Assembly: GCF_026571515.1 (NCBI RefSeq)
Contig: NW_026858566.1
Span: forward strand, 1-64,000
Reading direction: 5' to 3'
DNA length: 64,000 nt
Source of the DNA: Ruditapes philippinarum
Lineage: Eukaryota
Shown here in pieces: positions 12,450 to 24,925 of the stretch (positions within the stretch are counted from its first letter, which is position 1; every line of letters begins with the position of its first letter). The translations under genes were made by a program, and so were the position numbers. The notes beneath the pieces were generated by a model. That model saw only the letters and a program-made list of their open reading frames with translations. It did not search any database and was not told where the DNA came from.

Positions 12450-13620
12450 ACTCTAAAAATAGCTTAATAACTCATTTGTAAAATCTATGACTCCGGAAGT
12501 ATTGTCGATTTTCTGATATATGACCTTCTGTGTAATTTGGCAGCCATTGAAATAAATGACCATGAAAATAGTGAGAAGAAATAACGACAGGAACAGATAG
12601 CCAGACATATAATTGAACAGAGTATTCGTTACAGTTATCATTTCAATTTCAAGAAACAAATTAAGAGTCAATGAGTGAATAGAGCTTTATCACAATATCT
12701 TGCCAATAAACAAACTTATTATAATTATTACAAAAATTATTATCATGATTTTGGTGCCCTTAAATGATTATAATAATAATGACTATTGAAATTATTTCAG
12801 GGATATGTTCTCATTTACGTACATTTGTAAAAAAAATACCTCATTATTTTGTCTTAAAAACAAGCAAGGGTAACTTGAAACACTGATTTTCAAGAGGAAA
12901 TATGAAATGACAGGTAATGTCAATTTTAGGTTTTAATCAAATGAAGTATGTCTGATAGTAATAAATGAGGCCGTAGGGATATGTATCAACTGGTAGAATA
13001 GAAAATAATGTTTCATCCGGAATATATTCCAGAGAAAGATTTGATTACAGTTTTCTGTATAATATCATGACATTAAATCCGTATGCTGTGATTGGTCGGA
13101 AGCAGGAAAAACATCATTTCTTCACAAAAGTAACAAAAGGTAACCAAAGCAGTATTCTGACTTACATACAAAATACTAAATCACTATATCTGTTCTAATT
13201 TCAAGAAAGCAACAGAAACAAATGATGTTTCATGAAATTGGCCAATATGTAGTTTTTGGCAGAACAGGACATACACAAAAAAGTTTTTTTTTGAGAAAAT
13301 TAAAAGTAAAGAATTTCTGAGGCATAAAGGGCATACATGAGTTTCTAACGTTTAAATAATGATTGAGAGCATGTAAGATGCTCGTCCCCTGTTGAAAGTA
13401 GCACTGAATGTGAAATCATTTGTCAGTTAAGAAGAAAAATGTAAACAAATTACTATTTTGACTTAAATACAAAATCATTATAATTGTACAAATTGCCAAA
13501 AAGCAACAGAAAAATGGTGGTTAGATAATTGGCTAATGAGTAACATTTTGGAAATTATTACTGGTCAACAAAAAATAAAAAAAGCTTTTGAGAAATAAAA
13601 TTAAAGCATTTCTTTATTTG
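12450..13620 (+). pseudogene. Decayed ORF of the unknown family
   Basis: Reads LICKIYDSGSIVDFLIYDLLCNLAAIEINDHENSEKK*RQEQIARHIIEQSIRY..LETLIFKRKYEMTGNVNFRF*SNEVCLI..CINW*N; followed by two internal repeats (13200-13330, 13490-13615). Duplicates at 29010-29900 and 33920-35100. Confidence 0.6.
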
Positions 13621-14429
13621 TATCATGAAAGTTTCATTTATATCTTAAAATTAAATCATATTGACCTAAAAGATCTTACAGAATTTCAAATTAATGAGCT
13701 TTCATTCAATTCACATTGATATATTATTCATGCATAAGTAATGCAAGATGATTGGTATTGAGCAGCAATAATGATGCAGTACAGAAATGTTCAGAGATTT
13801 TAATTATCTGTTTTTAAAAAACAATCAATTTAATAAGAATAAAATATGTATTTTGTCCAAAGCTTGCAAGGGAAAGCTGTACTTTGTAGTTGATTTTGTT
13901 TGATAATACAAAGTGATGCAATTAATGCATTTTACAACTTAATCGTAATTTGAGAAAGTAAATTCTTTATAACTTTTCTTTATTATATTTATGCTTTTGG
14001 AACAAAGGCATGTATTGTATTTGTCAACCTGGTCTCTAAATTATTTTAAAGAATAATTATAATATATGAAATTTAATGAAAAACCAATGATGCAATATCA
14101 TCTACTAGATATGTGTGTTTAAACTGAATTTTACATTATAGAAATGAATTAAATATCCCAAAAGCCCTTCTGTTTGTAGATTACCTGTATAAGTATAGAC
14201 AAGAGAGATTTAACACAAGCGTAAGCGTTGCGAAAATTGAAGTTATGGACACGGAAATTCCATTACATCCGTTCTAATGCTCTACTCGTTTTAGTCTTGG
14301 ACAATACGGGTACCTTAAACGTTTATAATGCGACTGACGGTTGAGAATTAAACAATGTGATTTTAATCCAATATTTATAAAAACCCAAAACCTTTCTAAA
14401 AAATGTCTATTTGGTTTTCCTTTCTATTT

Positions 14430-14860
14430 CAGTAAAAAGAAGAAGTACAAAATGTTTACATGTTAAGTTTTCAAAGAGGTTTGCTAGATTTCGCGAGGTT
14501 TCTATGTGTTGATAGAGCTCAAGGAAAAATTAAAGTTATACAATGTTGTAATTGTGGCGAATGGTGCTAATAGGAACATACTCAATACCAGCTGTTAATC
14601 TATCAAATTACTAAAGTACATTATATACATGCGAACTATGTGCAAATGTTCCTAGCCATTTGGGAACTTTTCAAGTGAAAATGTGAACAAAGCCAATAAA
14701 AAAACATAAAAAGAAATTGGGAAACAAAAACGGTGACGATAAAGTTACAGAAAAGTTGAACATGAAGATAGAAATGTAAAAAAAGAGATTAGACAAAAGG
14801 GAAGTCTTATTGAATCAGGTCTTGTGAAGTCCCAATTAATTAGATAATGTACTAGGAATT
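14430..14860 (+). mobile_element. Probable LINE ORF1 relic with a degenerate PHD finger
   Basis: Reads KVIQCCNCGEWC*..YTCELCANVP followed by a K/E-rich stretch; the segment is absent from segmental copy 2. PHD plus coiled-coil ORF1 is known in CR1/L2-type LINEs. Confidence 0.45.
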
Positions 14861-16149
14861 TAAAATATACCATTGATTGGACTTTGTGTATGATAAGCTT
14901 TATATCTATTGTTTTATTTCATCATCAAGTCAGCAGAAGTAAGTGTTTTTAAGCATTTAACTGACCTAGCGACATGAAAAAGAACTGTAACTTTACCTAC
15001 CTACATTCAAACTGACTTAGCTGTAAATGCCAGAAAGTTAACAACAGTAATTGAACGTACGATACGTCCCTTTTTTTGCCTTTTCATAATTGAATGGTTC
15101 GTTTATAATCTAATAAAACGATATAATGTACTGTAATGTTACAAAGTAACGCTATCCAATTGTTTATTGATAGGTCTTAGCGTACATGAGCCTGATATAT
15201 GAGCATAGAATAAATATGTGTCATATATTTTACTTATTCATGAAAACGATAAAATGAAGTGTAATTAAGATCAGCTTCAACATTGCCCAGACGTGTTTCT
15301 ATAAGTACACGACAAGTACTCAATATTTGATAAGCAGAGCATTACATAGGCTATTTAAAGCGCTTTCATTTAGGAAAATAATAGCGGGAAGCACTTCCAA
15401 GAATCGCCACAGACAAAAATAATCAGCAGGTGTTTAATTCGGTGATAACATCTGCAATTAAGCCGATATCATAACGAAACATTGAAAATTTTATTAACAT
15501 GTCTCTCATGGCATGTGGTTAATAAAATTAGGTCTCATGTTTCTCATTTATGACCAGAGAAGCAGACAAAATATCAAATAAAGTATAAATTTTATAGCTG
15601 TTTATATATGCTTACAAAACTAGATATCAAATTGTATTTTAATCAATCATAAATGTTAATAAAGTTAAAGGCCGCTGTAATATTGAATGTACAGTGTTAA
15701 CAATTTGAATCTTACACTGTAAAGTTATTTATTAACAGTCTAAGAAACTTTAATAAGCATACGACTCGTATACAAAATAACAATCATTTGTGACAATTAA
15801 AAAACACATGACATTAAAGACATTAATGAAAAGATCAGTTTAACAATTATAAACAAAAGAGAAATGTGGGCAACATGACTGAGGCAAGTGAAGGAATGGT
15901 CATAGGCTGTACCTAGTGGACACATGAAAATAATTTTAGAATAATATAAGTAATATATAAGTAATATATCTGAATATTTTGAATCAATGATACTGCTAAT
16001 TAAGATCTTTATTGATTGGTTTGTCAGACTATACATTTCATCGATTACCGGATCATGTTGTCTTGGACAATGTTATACTAGTACTCCCTTATGTGCTCAT
16101 ACATGACATCTAAAGCGTAAGTTCGCTTGAAATAATGTTGTTGATATGA

Positions 16150-16350
16150 TTTGATGTTTCTTTATCTGCGGATGTTTCAAAACTCAAAATTTAATTTTAA
16201 TGTTGAATACTGCTTAAGCCGATACAAGGGGGCGTGAACAGCAACTTGCACTTTCCATTACCGTTCATAAACAGAGCCTGCAACATTTTCAATTTTGTCG
16301 TTTTGTGTGTTCTTTAGGGATTCCTTATTTCTCTCTATTTAAACATTACT
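16150..16350. repeat. Insertion carrying the dispersed double-hairpin motif (copy a)
   Basis: Absent at the paralogous site (~37545-37560); homologous to 40091-40267, 47406-47460, 63390-63515 and 63674-63795. Confidence 0.7.
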
Positions 16351-17249
16351 GAAACATTATGTTTAAGTTATAGTTGTTCAACAGGAGTATACATATCTAT
16401 GCCAATAAGAGAATTGTTTTAAATGATTATAAAACGTTTTCCAGGTTTTGAAAAACTATACAAATGCACTTAATTGTACCATGTCATCATATACTATTAA
16501 ACTCGCCCAACTCTCCATGTAATAACAATTCCAAGCAGCAATCGAAAATAAATGTTATTTGACAAACTCACCTGGTGTTTTAAATATCTTTAATTATTCA
16601 TTTTTCATCTAATAATATCGCTCTCGTTTTAAAGAAAATATTTTTTTTCAAAATATCCCTTATTTGCTTTTTGCTACATTTTGATTTAATTATTGATCTG
16701 AGAAAAAAAATCATATTTAATTGTGGCTGTCAGTGATGGCATGTAATATTTAACTTCTGACACTGAATATGGCAAAATAAACAAATACTGGAATTCTCTG
16801 GAAACTTTTCATAAGAATCCCTTGTCACAAGGTCAATATCTCTATCGAAGGGACAACTTGAATCTTTAAAGGTCCACCCAGGTCCATAATTGACAGTAGC
16901 AAGATATTGAGCAAGTAAAGAAAAATATTGATATCAAGGGTATATCCATTTGATGTTGGAAGTAGGGGCTTTGATAACAGTCTAATTGCTTAAGAACTGT
17001 AACAATTTGGCAGTCATCTTACAAGATGTTTCAATTGATAAACACTGGCTATCCCGTTTTCTTTGAGTATCCAAATAGATAGGGAAAACAACGCCCAACC
17101 TTTAAGGAGAAATCAACTGTTTTAACTGGCATTACCTTACCCACTGAAACTGTTTCATTTTCAATTTTGACGTTTCGGTAAAGCGCTTTTATACAACGCT
17201 TAACCAATGCTTTCTTTTTCATAAGTAAATACATTGAACAATAATGTTT

Positions 17250-17560
17250 TTACGATTTAAATTTGCTATTATCTAAAAGATGTAAGAGGCAATAATGTAA
17301 AGTTTCTACAAGATTTCGAGACTGTAGACATAGGATATGATTTAAGGTTCGTGGAGATTTTCTCAGGAATTTATAGTTTTAAGCAGAGGAAGTCTGTCTG
17401 TTAGATTCATAAATAGACTCAAGATATGCACTTAACTGGCTAAAATTGTAAGCTACATTTCCGATATAATGATTAAGACAATATATTTCTCGTAATAGAT
17501 TAACCATATTATCTTTTATGGCAACTTCAATAATCTGTAAGTTAGGAATGATCACATTTA
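17250..17560 (+). pseudogene. Divergent EVC/NW module of the unknown family
   Basis: Reads EIFSGIYSF/EEVCLLDS*..YALNW..DNIFLVID*PYY; the duplicate at 38810-38990 reads EVCLFDS*MYINC..DKISIEVDYPRY. Confidence 0.45.
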
Positions 17561-18989
17561 TATATACCCGACTTTAATTTCACATTACTAAACTAAACAT
17601 ATTTTTAGATTTAAAGTAGCTATTTATCAATTTCCCACTACACCTCATTCTCCAAGGCAAATCGCATGTATATAAATATTATTGTTATATTACATAATGT
17701 TATGCTATGATTTCGAAATAACTATTAGGAAAAGCTATTTATCAATTGAAGTCAGAAGTTCATAGTTATATGAGTAACGAAAACCAAATGATCGAATGGT
17801 TCGGATCGTGCTTAAAATATCACCAAACCAAGTGATCAGTGTGACTAAAAACATTTCACTGAAAATGACAAATTGTTGTATTTGCGTTAAACTACAAAGA
17901 AAAATGACACACAAATTAATTGTTTGAATGCCTTACAACGATAAGGCAAGAAATTGTAAAAACTTAGCAAAATATCTAAAAAGAAAACGTTTTCATAAAG
18001 GATTTCAAATTTCATCTGTGCGATAAACTTATGGGAAGAAAATTAATAGAATTAAAATCACAATTCAAGAACCATTTTCACAATTATAGTAACAATTTTC
18101 TTTACGGGAAGGAATTATCAGAACCATTATTACTTTAAAATTATTTTCCATTTATTGCTAAAATAAATCATTTGTTTTGCAGGAACGTTTTAAGAAAGCG
18201 ACCTTAATATAGCACTAGTTACATGTTGAGAAAAAATAGCACATGATTTACATAATGTTTAGCCACAGAAGGAAGGTCATGTTACAGTGATAAAACTGTA
18301 AACATTGTTTCTGAAATGTTTTGTACATTTCGAATGTTAGTCAGATTAAAAAATACAATGAATTTCTTACTTGCATTATCATAATCTTTCTAGAACACAG
18401 ATGTTGGAAGTGAACACAATGTTTATGTTTTTAAGCATTCTTATAAAGATTCATTTAATGTTGTTAAACATCCTTAAAAGATAACGGGCATGGTGCTGGA
18501 AGTTATCTACTTTCCTTTATTAAAGCATAAAATTGTTAGAAAATGTAACAACATATTTTTTTTGTTTTTACAGGTACTCATAACTGCTGTGCGTAACATT
18601 TCTTTCAGGTGACAAGCAATAAATCTCAGATTCGATGTACAGATTAATAAGAAATAGCCAAAGGTAAGGAGGAAAAACCATTGAGGACCACAGCACATGG
18701 TGAGTTGGTTCGGGTGTTTAAATGAACAGGGGTTATGTTTGGGCATCTTTATTGCGCACGATATTTAATGTTTGCATGGGTTGTCCAGAAATTATGTGAA
18801 AAAATAAGGTTTTTTCATTGGTACATTGTATTGTATAAAATCATCCTTTTCGCTCTTAGTGTCAAAGAGTTAAGTGTTAGCACTTCTTAACACTTTATTG
18901 ACTAATATGTCTTTTATTATCACAAAGCGTGCTTTATTTTGTTTCATAGCACCGTTTAATAGACCTTGAACTATAACTCCTTTTTAAAA

Positions 18990-19950
18990 AAAATGCAACT
19001 AAGAGGAATAGCGGCATTGTCAATTTACTGACATTAGTGTTTGTTTGCCATTTCCATCCTTTGAAAATAATGAGAATAAACATTGACATGAAAAGATAGC
19101 CTGGCAGATAATTGAATAGAGGTCCACTAATCATTTTTGTCATGCAACAATAATGCTATAAAGGCTATATTATTGTTCAGAAAGAATTGTAAGAATTGTT
19201 TAAATTGATCTTATTGACAATGTAACAGTTTGATCTGGTTTTTTTGTAAGAAGCTTTTAGTTGTTTTGCAAGCTAATGTTGCTGAATAAATAAGGTTGTA
19301 AGTTCATTGTCATTTCTGAGTACCATTTGCTTCATTCCCAGATAAATACAAATACAAGTTAAATGTTTTATAAAAAAAAAACGTCGTGTGGAAATATGTT
19401 TTATAACAAAGTTGTTCTTAATGCATTCATGACAATTATTATTTGTTTATAAAACAAATAGTTATTTATTAAAAGTAAATGATTTATTTTCACAGATTGC
19501 AATGACAATATTTCTCATAATCTATGTACTTAGAATGTAAAATATTTGCTAAACCAGTTCACTGTGTTACATTTTGATCTACCGAAAGAAACATTGTTAC
19601 TTTAAAACTGGCTATGGTTTGATGTATTGGCAAACACAAAATGAACCAATGCAAAGGCATGTACATTTTGTAAAAATGAATTTAAACAAGAAAATGAATT
19701 GGACATTAATTCTATTATCATGAACACATTTGTAGACAGGATGACCAAACGGAAAGGCAGTAATTTGAAAAATTTGGTCGTCAACTGACATTATCCTGTA
19801 GACTTAATTATCGCAAGAATAACTTTCGTGATATATTTAGAATAAAAAAGAAGTATGTAAATCAATGCAATTTTCCTCTAAAGAAAATGTGACAAAGTTG
19901 TTTATCAGATGCCAAAATAAGAGAAGTTATTGGACCTTTCTATGTTTCAT
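18990..19950 (+). pseudogene. Decayed ORF of the unknown family
   Basis: FENNENKH*HEKIAWQIIE (cf. HENSEKK*RQEQIARHIIE at ~12560), then a long frame to ..ACTFCKNEFKQENELDINSIIMNTFVDRMTKRKGSN. Confidence 0.55.
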
Positions 19951-22900
19951 TTTTTAAATATGATGTCATAATTTGTGCCTATAGGTATTTTTTCTCGAAC
20001 ACAATCTTACATAATGAAGAAATTAAAATATGACAGGTTATGGTATCTGTTGAATCACTCATATTTTTTTTAATAAAAGGAATTTTACTAAATAATATTA
20101 ATTAAATGAACGGCATTTATATTTTTCCTAAGTCAAATCATCAACAATCCAGCTTACGTGCTAACTGAATACTTTTGAGAACGTTTTATTCCGTTCTGAT
20201 ATTTTATTGTTAATAATATCTTCAACGCATTAAAACATCATGAAATATTTTTTTATATGTTATACCATTAAAGTGGCTAAGTGGTTAACTTGATTCGTTA
20301 ATCACAGGGCCATCTACAATGAACCTCTAGATATTTACCACCTGAAGTCTCTAGAAGAAGTACTTGAAGTTTCTTTAAGTGAAGTTTTCGACCCATAAAA
20401 TTTCAGGCAAGTTAATGCCCCAAAATATCTCAGAATAGTTTTTAAGAATAAGCTTTTTTAGGGGGAGGGGGATTTTAAAAGAGACCCAAATTTAAATTTG
20501 AGAAAAAATTTTTGTTGAGTAAATAAGAACTGAGTTTTTTATTTAAAACAAATATATTTATGAAAAAAAGGACATCCCAAATTGGCAGACTAGGTTTCAT
20601 TAAAAGTAATGGAAAAGGGGCAAGACAAATTTACGTCCAACGAAACCCACAGGCTTTAAGCTTTTATTCAACCCAATACAGTCAGTTTATATCAAACCGG
20701 ATTAATCTTCTAGTCAGGTTTAGGTTTTTAGTCAGGATTATGTTTAAATTCCATTTATTTGATTTTGGTATTAAAATTTTCCAATAAGCTATTTTATCTA
20801 AAGTTTGGATTTTCTTAGATTTTTGAATTTATATTGAAACGATAATGCGGTATTTCCTATGTAACAGTATTAATATTTAAGACAGATGTAGACATAAAAG
20901 TGTGTAAAGCTGCAAAAATGTTTGTTTGAATTCTAAAGAATACTTCCAAAATCGCTTGGAAACTAATTATAATTTACTAATGATACATTTTATATACAAA
21001 TATTTCCAAAGATTTAAGCTTTTATATCCTTTTATTTGTAATGTATGGAATTATAATATATATCTTCTATTTGTATTAGAAAACTTAACAATTTATAGCA
21101 GTAACATGCAATATTATTGAAACAAATTAACACATGGTTGCCAGAACCCTTTTAATTTACATTTTGCATTATTACATCATTCACATTCAAATCGATGCGC
21201 AGGGATATGAAACGATACGAACAAACAACGATGGAGTCAAATACTGAACTGTTTCTTCGTTTAAATAAAGGCAGTTGATAGAATCAACGTTGATACTTGT
21301 TTTACCACAAGCTTTGTGGTGTAAATGTATTTTATATTTCAAAATTTTAAAAAAGAAAACGTTATTTGTTACAGGGCATTTATGACGCTATTGAAATTTC
21401 AAGGCAAGGGTCGGAAATTGTCTAAAGATACAATGTTACATAAAAAAGATTTCTACCCATGTTACAGTTGGTGTTAGTTTGGAGTTTATTTTCATATAAA
21501 ACATTCAGAAATTCTCAATGTGATAAAAAACCTGCCTAATGGTTTAGCCATTTAAAAGTCTGTTTATATGTTAAAACATGAATACAAATAATGACCATCA
21601 GATAATATTTGTTTTTGTTTTATTTTTATTTTTAAAAGTCTTTTTCGTAATGTAGCTAAATAAAATTGTTCTCTGTTGTTTTATTATGACTTTTCAAGGG
21701 GTTCATTGTTTCTTAGAAAAAAAAGCATCAACACAAAATGCCAATTCTCATATTTGTATCCTTTTTGTAACAGTTAAATATAGGTTAATCAGTAGTTGCC
21801 CTAATGTTTGTTTCATATATCTTATAAAAAATATAAAAAGCAAAACTTTTTTAAATTTAAATAAAAAAGGGAATTTATTTTTTTGAAAAAATTTACCCGG
21901 GAAAACCTATCACCTTCCTAAAAAATTATTTTCCCAATATTTTTGAAAAAATACTATACCCTTAAATAAATATTTTTAAAGCAATATGAAATTTTCCGAA
22001 AGGGAAACCCAAGGGAATTTTTTTTCATTATTTTTTTTAAAATTTTCAATTCAATTTTATTTTGGCCAACATAAATTAGATTGACGGAAAAAAAATAACA
22101 AATGTACTTAACCGGGATTTTTTTTTTGTACTCTGACTTAAAATTATGCTTTTCATTTTTAAAATTTTTTGCTTATACCATTATCGCGCATATAAAACAA
22201 GGTTTTTTTTTCAAAAAAAAAAAAGTTTTATTCATTTTGTTTACAGTACTTCCTTTATCCCCACTTTTTACATTTGGGCACCTGAGGTTTTCCCTTCCAA
22301 ACCAGAAAGTTGGAAATAGCGATTTTTGCCCCTTTTATTTGTTTGGGATGCACGAAAAACCCAAAACAAAACAAAAACAAATTTCTTACTCACCCCATAA
22401 AATTTATGAAAATTTTAAAACTAATGACTGGGGGAAATTGGATTGAAAAAAAATAAAAATTTATTTCACCCTTTAATAATAAATTTTTAAAATTTTTTTA
22501 GTTTTAAAATTTCTTTTTCTGAAACTGAAAATTAATTGGGTAAAATTTTAAAGGGCCGGGGGAAGCTAGCTAGTAAAGGAAAAGGGGGGGGAAAAATTTT
22601 TAAAAAGCACAAACACAACCATAATGGAGCAATCTTGTTACTAAAGACATCATGTAAAATCGTGTTATATCTTTAGGTAATAGTCTTTTAGGACGAAAAT
22701 GAAACTACAATGAAATTAAAATTACAATTTAATTATTCCTCAAACAGGGTTTTTATCACTAATAGAAAATTCTTTCATAAAAAAATCATCATAGAGCTTA
22801 AGAGAAGAAGATCTTGAAACAGCGGTGAAAATATTCATTTTCTGCAAAGATTTTCAGAGAAACATCTTGATCAAACAAATAGTTTATGCTTTTGAACACA

Positions 22901-23739
22901 TCGCGAAAAATCTAACTTGTTATAATCATTTTAAAATTTATTTTTTATCCTATATATGTCTACTTAAGAGAAAGTATGTCTTTTTAAAGCATGAAATCAT
23001 AAATGTTATTTAATGTTTTTGATATGTATGCAATCAATTGATAACGAAAGGTAGAAAAAATATTTGCTTATTTATTTGTGCAAATCTCAAGCTAGACTTT
23101 TTCGTGACAATCAACACATGCTCGGACTAAATGTGCAATTAAAAGTAATGACAAACAGAAAGAATGATGTTATATATACTTTGATAAACCAGAATGTTAC
23201 TTTAAACGAATGCATTGATGTTGTTATCTTTGGATTTTTATTTTAGATTTTGTGAGATATTTTTGTTTCATCTCGGATTAAATGAATTGTACTTAAAATT
23301 ATTCACAAGAATAAATGTAGAAAGCATGGGCAGCAGGATGGAGGTAATTGAAAAGAATTGCCATAATGTTGCATAATGATACAGACTGATTGTCAAGAGG
23401 ATATTCTAAAGTGATATTTTAAGAATGAAGGAAGGGATAAAAAATAAGTTGAATTAGATCAATGCAATTTTCCTCTAAAGAAAGCGTTGGCCCATTAAAA
23501 TGTCAAAATAAAAGAATTATTTTGACCATTTGTGTTTTGTGTCATTCTAGAATCTAATATCTCACTTTTTGTCATAAACACAAATTTGCATAACATAAAG
23601 CTATAATGAATGACATAAATTGAAACTCTCAAGTGAAATGTAAAGTTTCGTTATGTTTTGATGTTGACAATCCAGCGAACTTTAGAACGTTATTAGACGA
23701 TCTGGCATTAGCTGAATGACTTTCATTCATTATCACATT

Positions 23740-23980
23740 TTGTGTTGGGTTTTAAGTCGCACCAACACAATATAAGTCATATGGCGATCTTACAGCTTTA
23801 CTTGTAAAGGAAAACCTGAAGGGTCCTTACGTATATTATTTCAGGCAGAAAAGGGCACCTGAGTAGAATCACCGACGTGTCATAAGGTAGCTTGATGGTT
23901 TTCTCACATAAAATAATCTAAAGTCCTTGTCAGGATTCGGACCAACAGTGGTAAAGACCTTAACAACTCGGTCACCCCCA
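23740..23980 (-). mobile_element. MetaSINE-type SINE
   Basis: ttttaagtcgcaccaacacaatataagtcatatggcg..gggcacctgagtagaatcaccgac; paralog of 7441-7660. Confidence 0.8.
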
Positions 23981-24925
23981 TTATGACAATAAAAAATACA
24001 AAAGCTTCCGATTTAAGGAATTGTGTCTATTAATTTTCCGTTTAGCTTGTGACTCAAAAAGTTAAAAATTTCAACTCACAATAATAATCGAATTTTTCAT
24101 TAGAGAGCATTGAAGTTTATTCTGATAAATACGAGGATATGCATGAAGATGTTTAAATATGATACTTTATGAGTCTGTGAATCACAAGGGAATGATTATT
24201 GCCAGGGCATCATCACATTTATTAGACTTCTGCTGGATGATGATTCAATCATGGTTTCAGATATAACTGTAAAGAAAACACATTCTTTTTCAGCTCAAAC
24301 ATTTATTTCTCAGAATACCACTGTTTATAATATTTTTCTGCTATATGAAATGTTGTCATTAATATGAAATGTGCTTGTATTCAATATCATTTGCTGACCT
24401 GAAACAATTTTTGTTCATAGCAAATAAAACTATTTGAGCGATGGGATTCGATTTTAATTGTTTTATGTCATAGTCGGGTTAATGTCATATTAACGTTACA
24501 GTTGGGTTTATGCTGAAGTCAGGTTGATGTGTTATAGCTGTTTTTTTTATAAATCAAGGTTCACGACACATTCATTTTGTTGACAAAGCCAGAGGTATGT
24601 CATAATAAGGTGCATATTATGGTCAGAATTATGTAATCTAAATGAGTGCAAATGATAACTTTTAATGTTATATGAAATAACATATCACATGATAAGTTGT
24701 TAATTAATGTAACCTTTTTTTAAATAACTATGTTGGAGAAGTGCACGTTCGTCATTTATTTCCTCTTGTAGATATGCTATGTACTTTCATATTTTATTAT
24801 ATATTATTTCATGTTTTAGTCAAGAACTTTTAACAATTGTAGATGGAAAGTTTCGTCGTTTTCTACAGTGTAATTTTATCACTTATAATATATTAACTTA
24901 ATATTTCCTCATTACACATGATGTG

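Larger units (their letters stand above)
1080..18000 (+). repeat. Segmental duplication, copy 1 (paralogous to ~19330-39420)
   Basis: Colinear diverged homology, e.g. 1355 ttttaaactggctacggtttgatgtattggc = 19601; 4690 = 20885; 6350 = 22615; 9435 = 26350; 12500 = 29045/33950; 15235 = 36785; 16075 = 37475; 17565 = 39020. Confidence 0.9.

Noticed and set aside
12453-12671. Minus-strand hydrophobic ORFs (12453, 18934, 19602, 29018, 31265, 33923) as membrane-protein genes
   Set aside because: They are antisense shadows of the decayed + strand frames, where the cross-paralog motif conservation lies.
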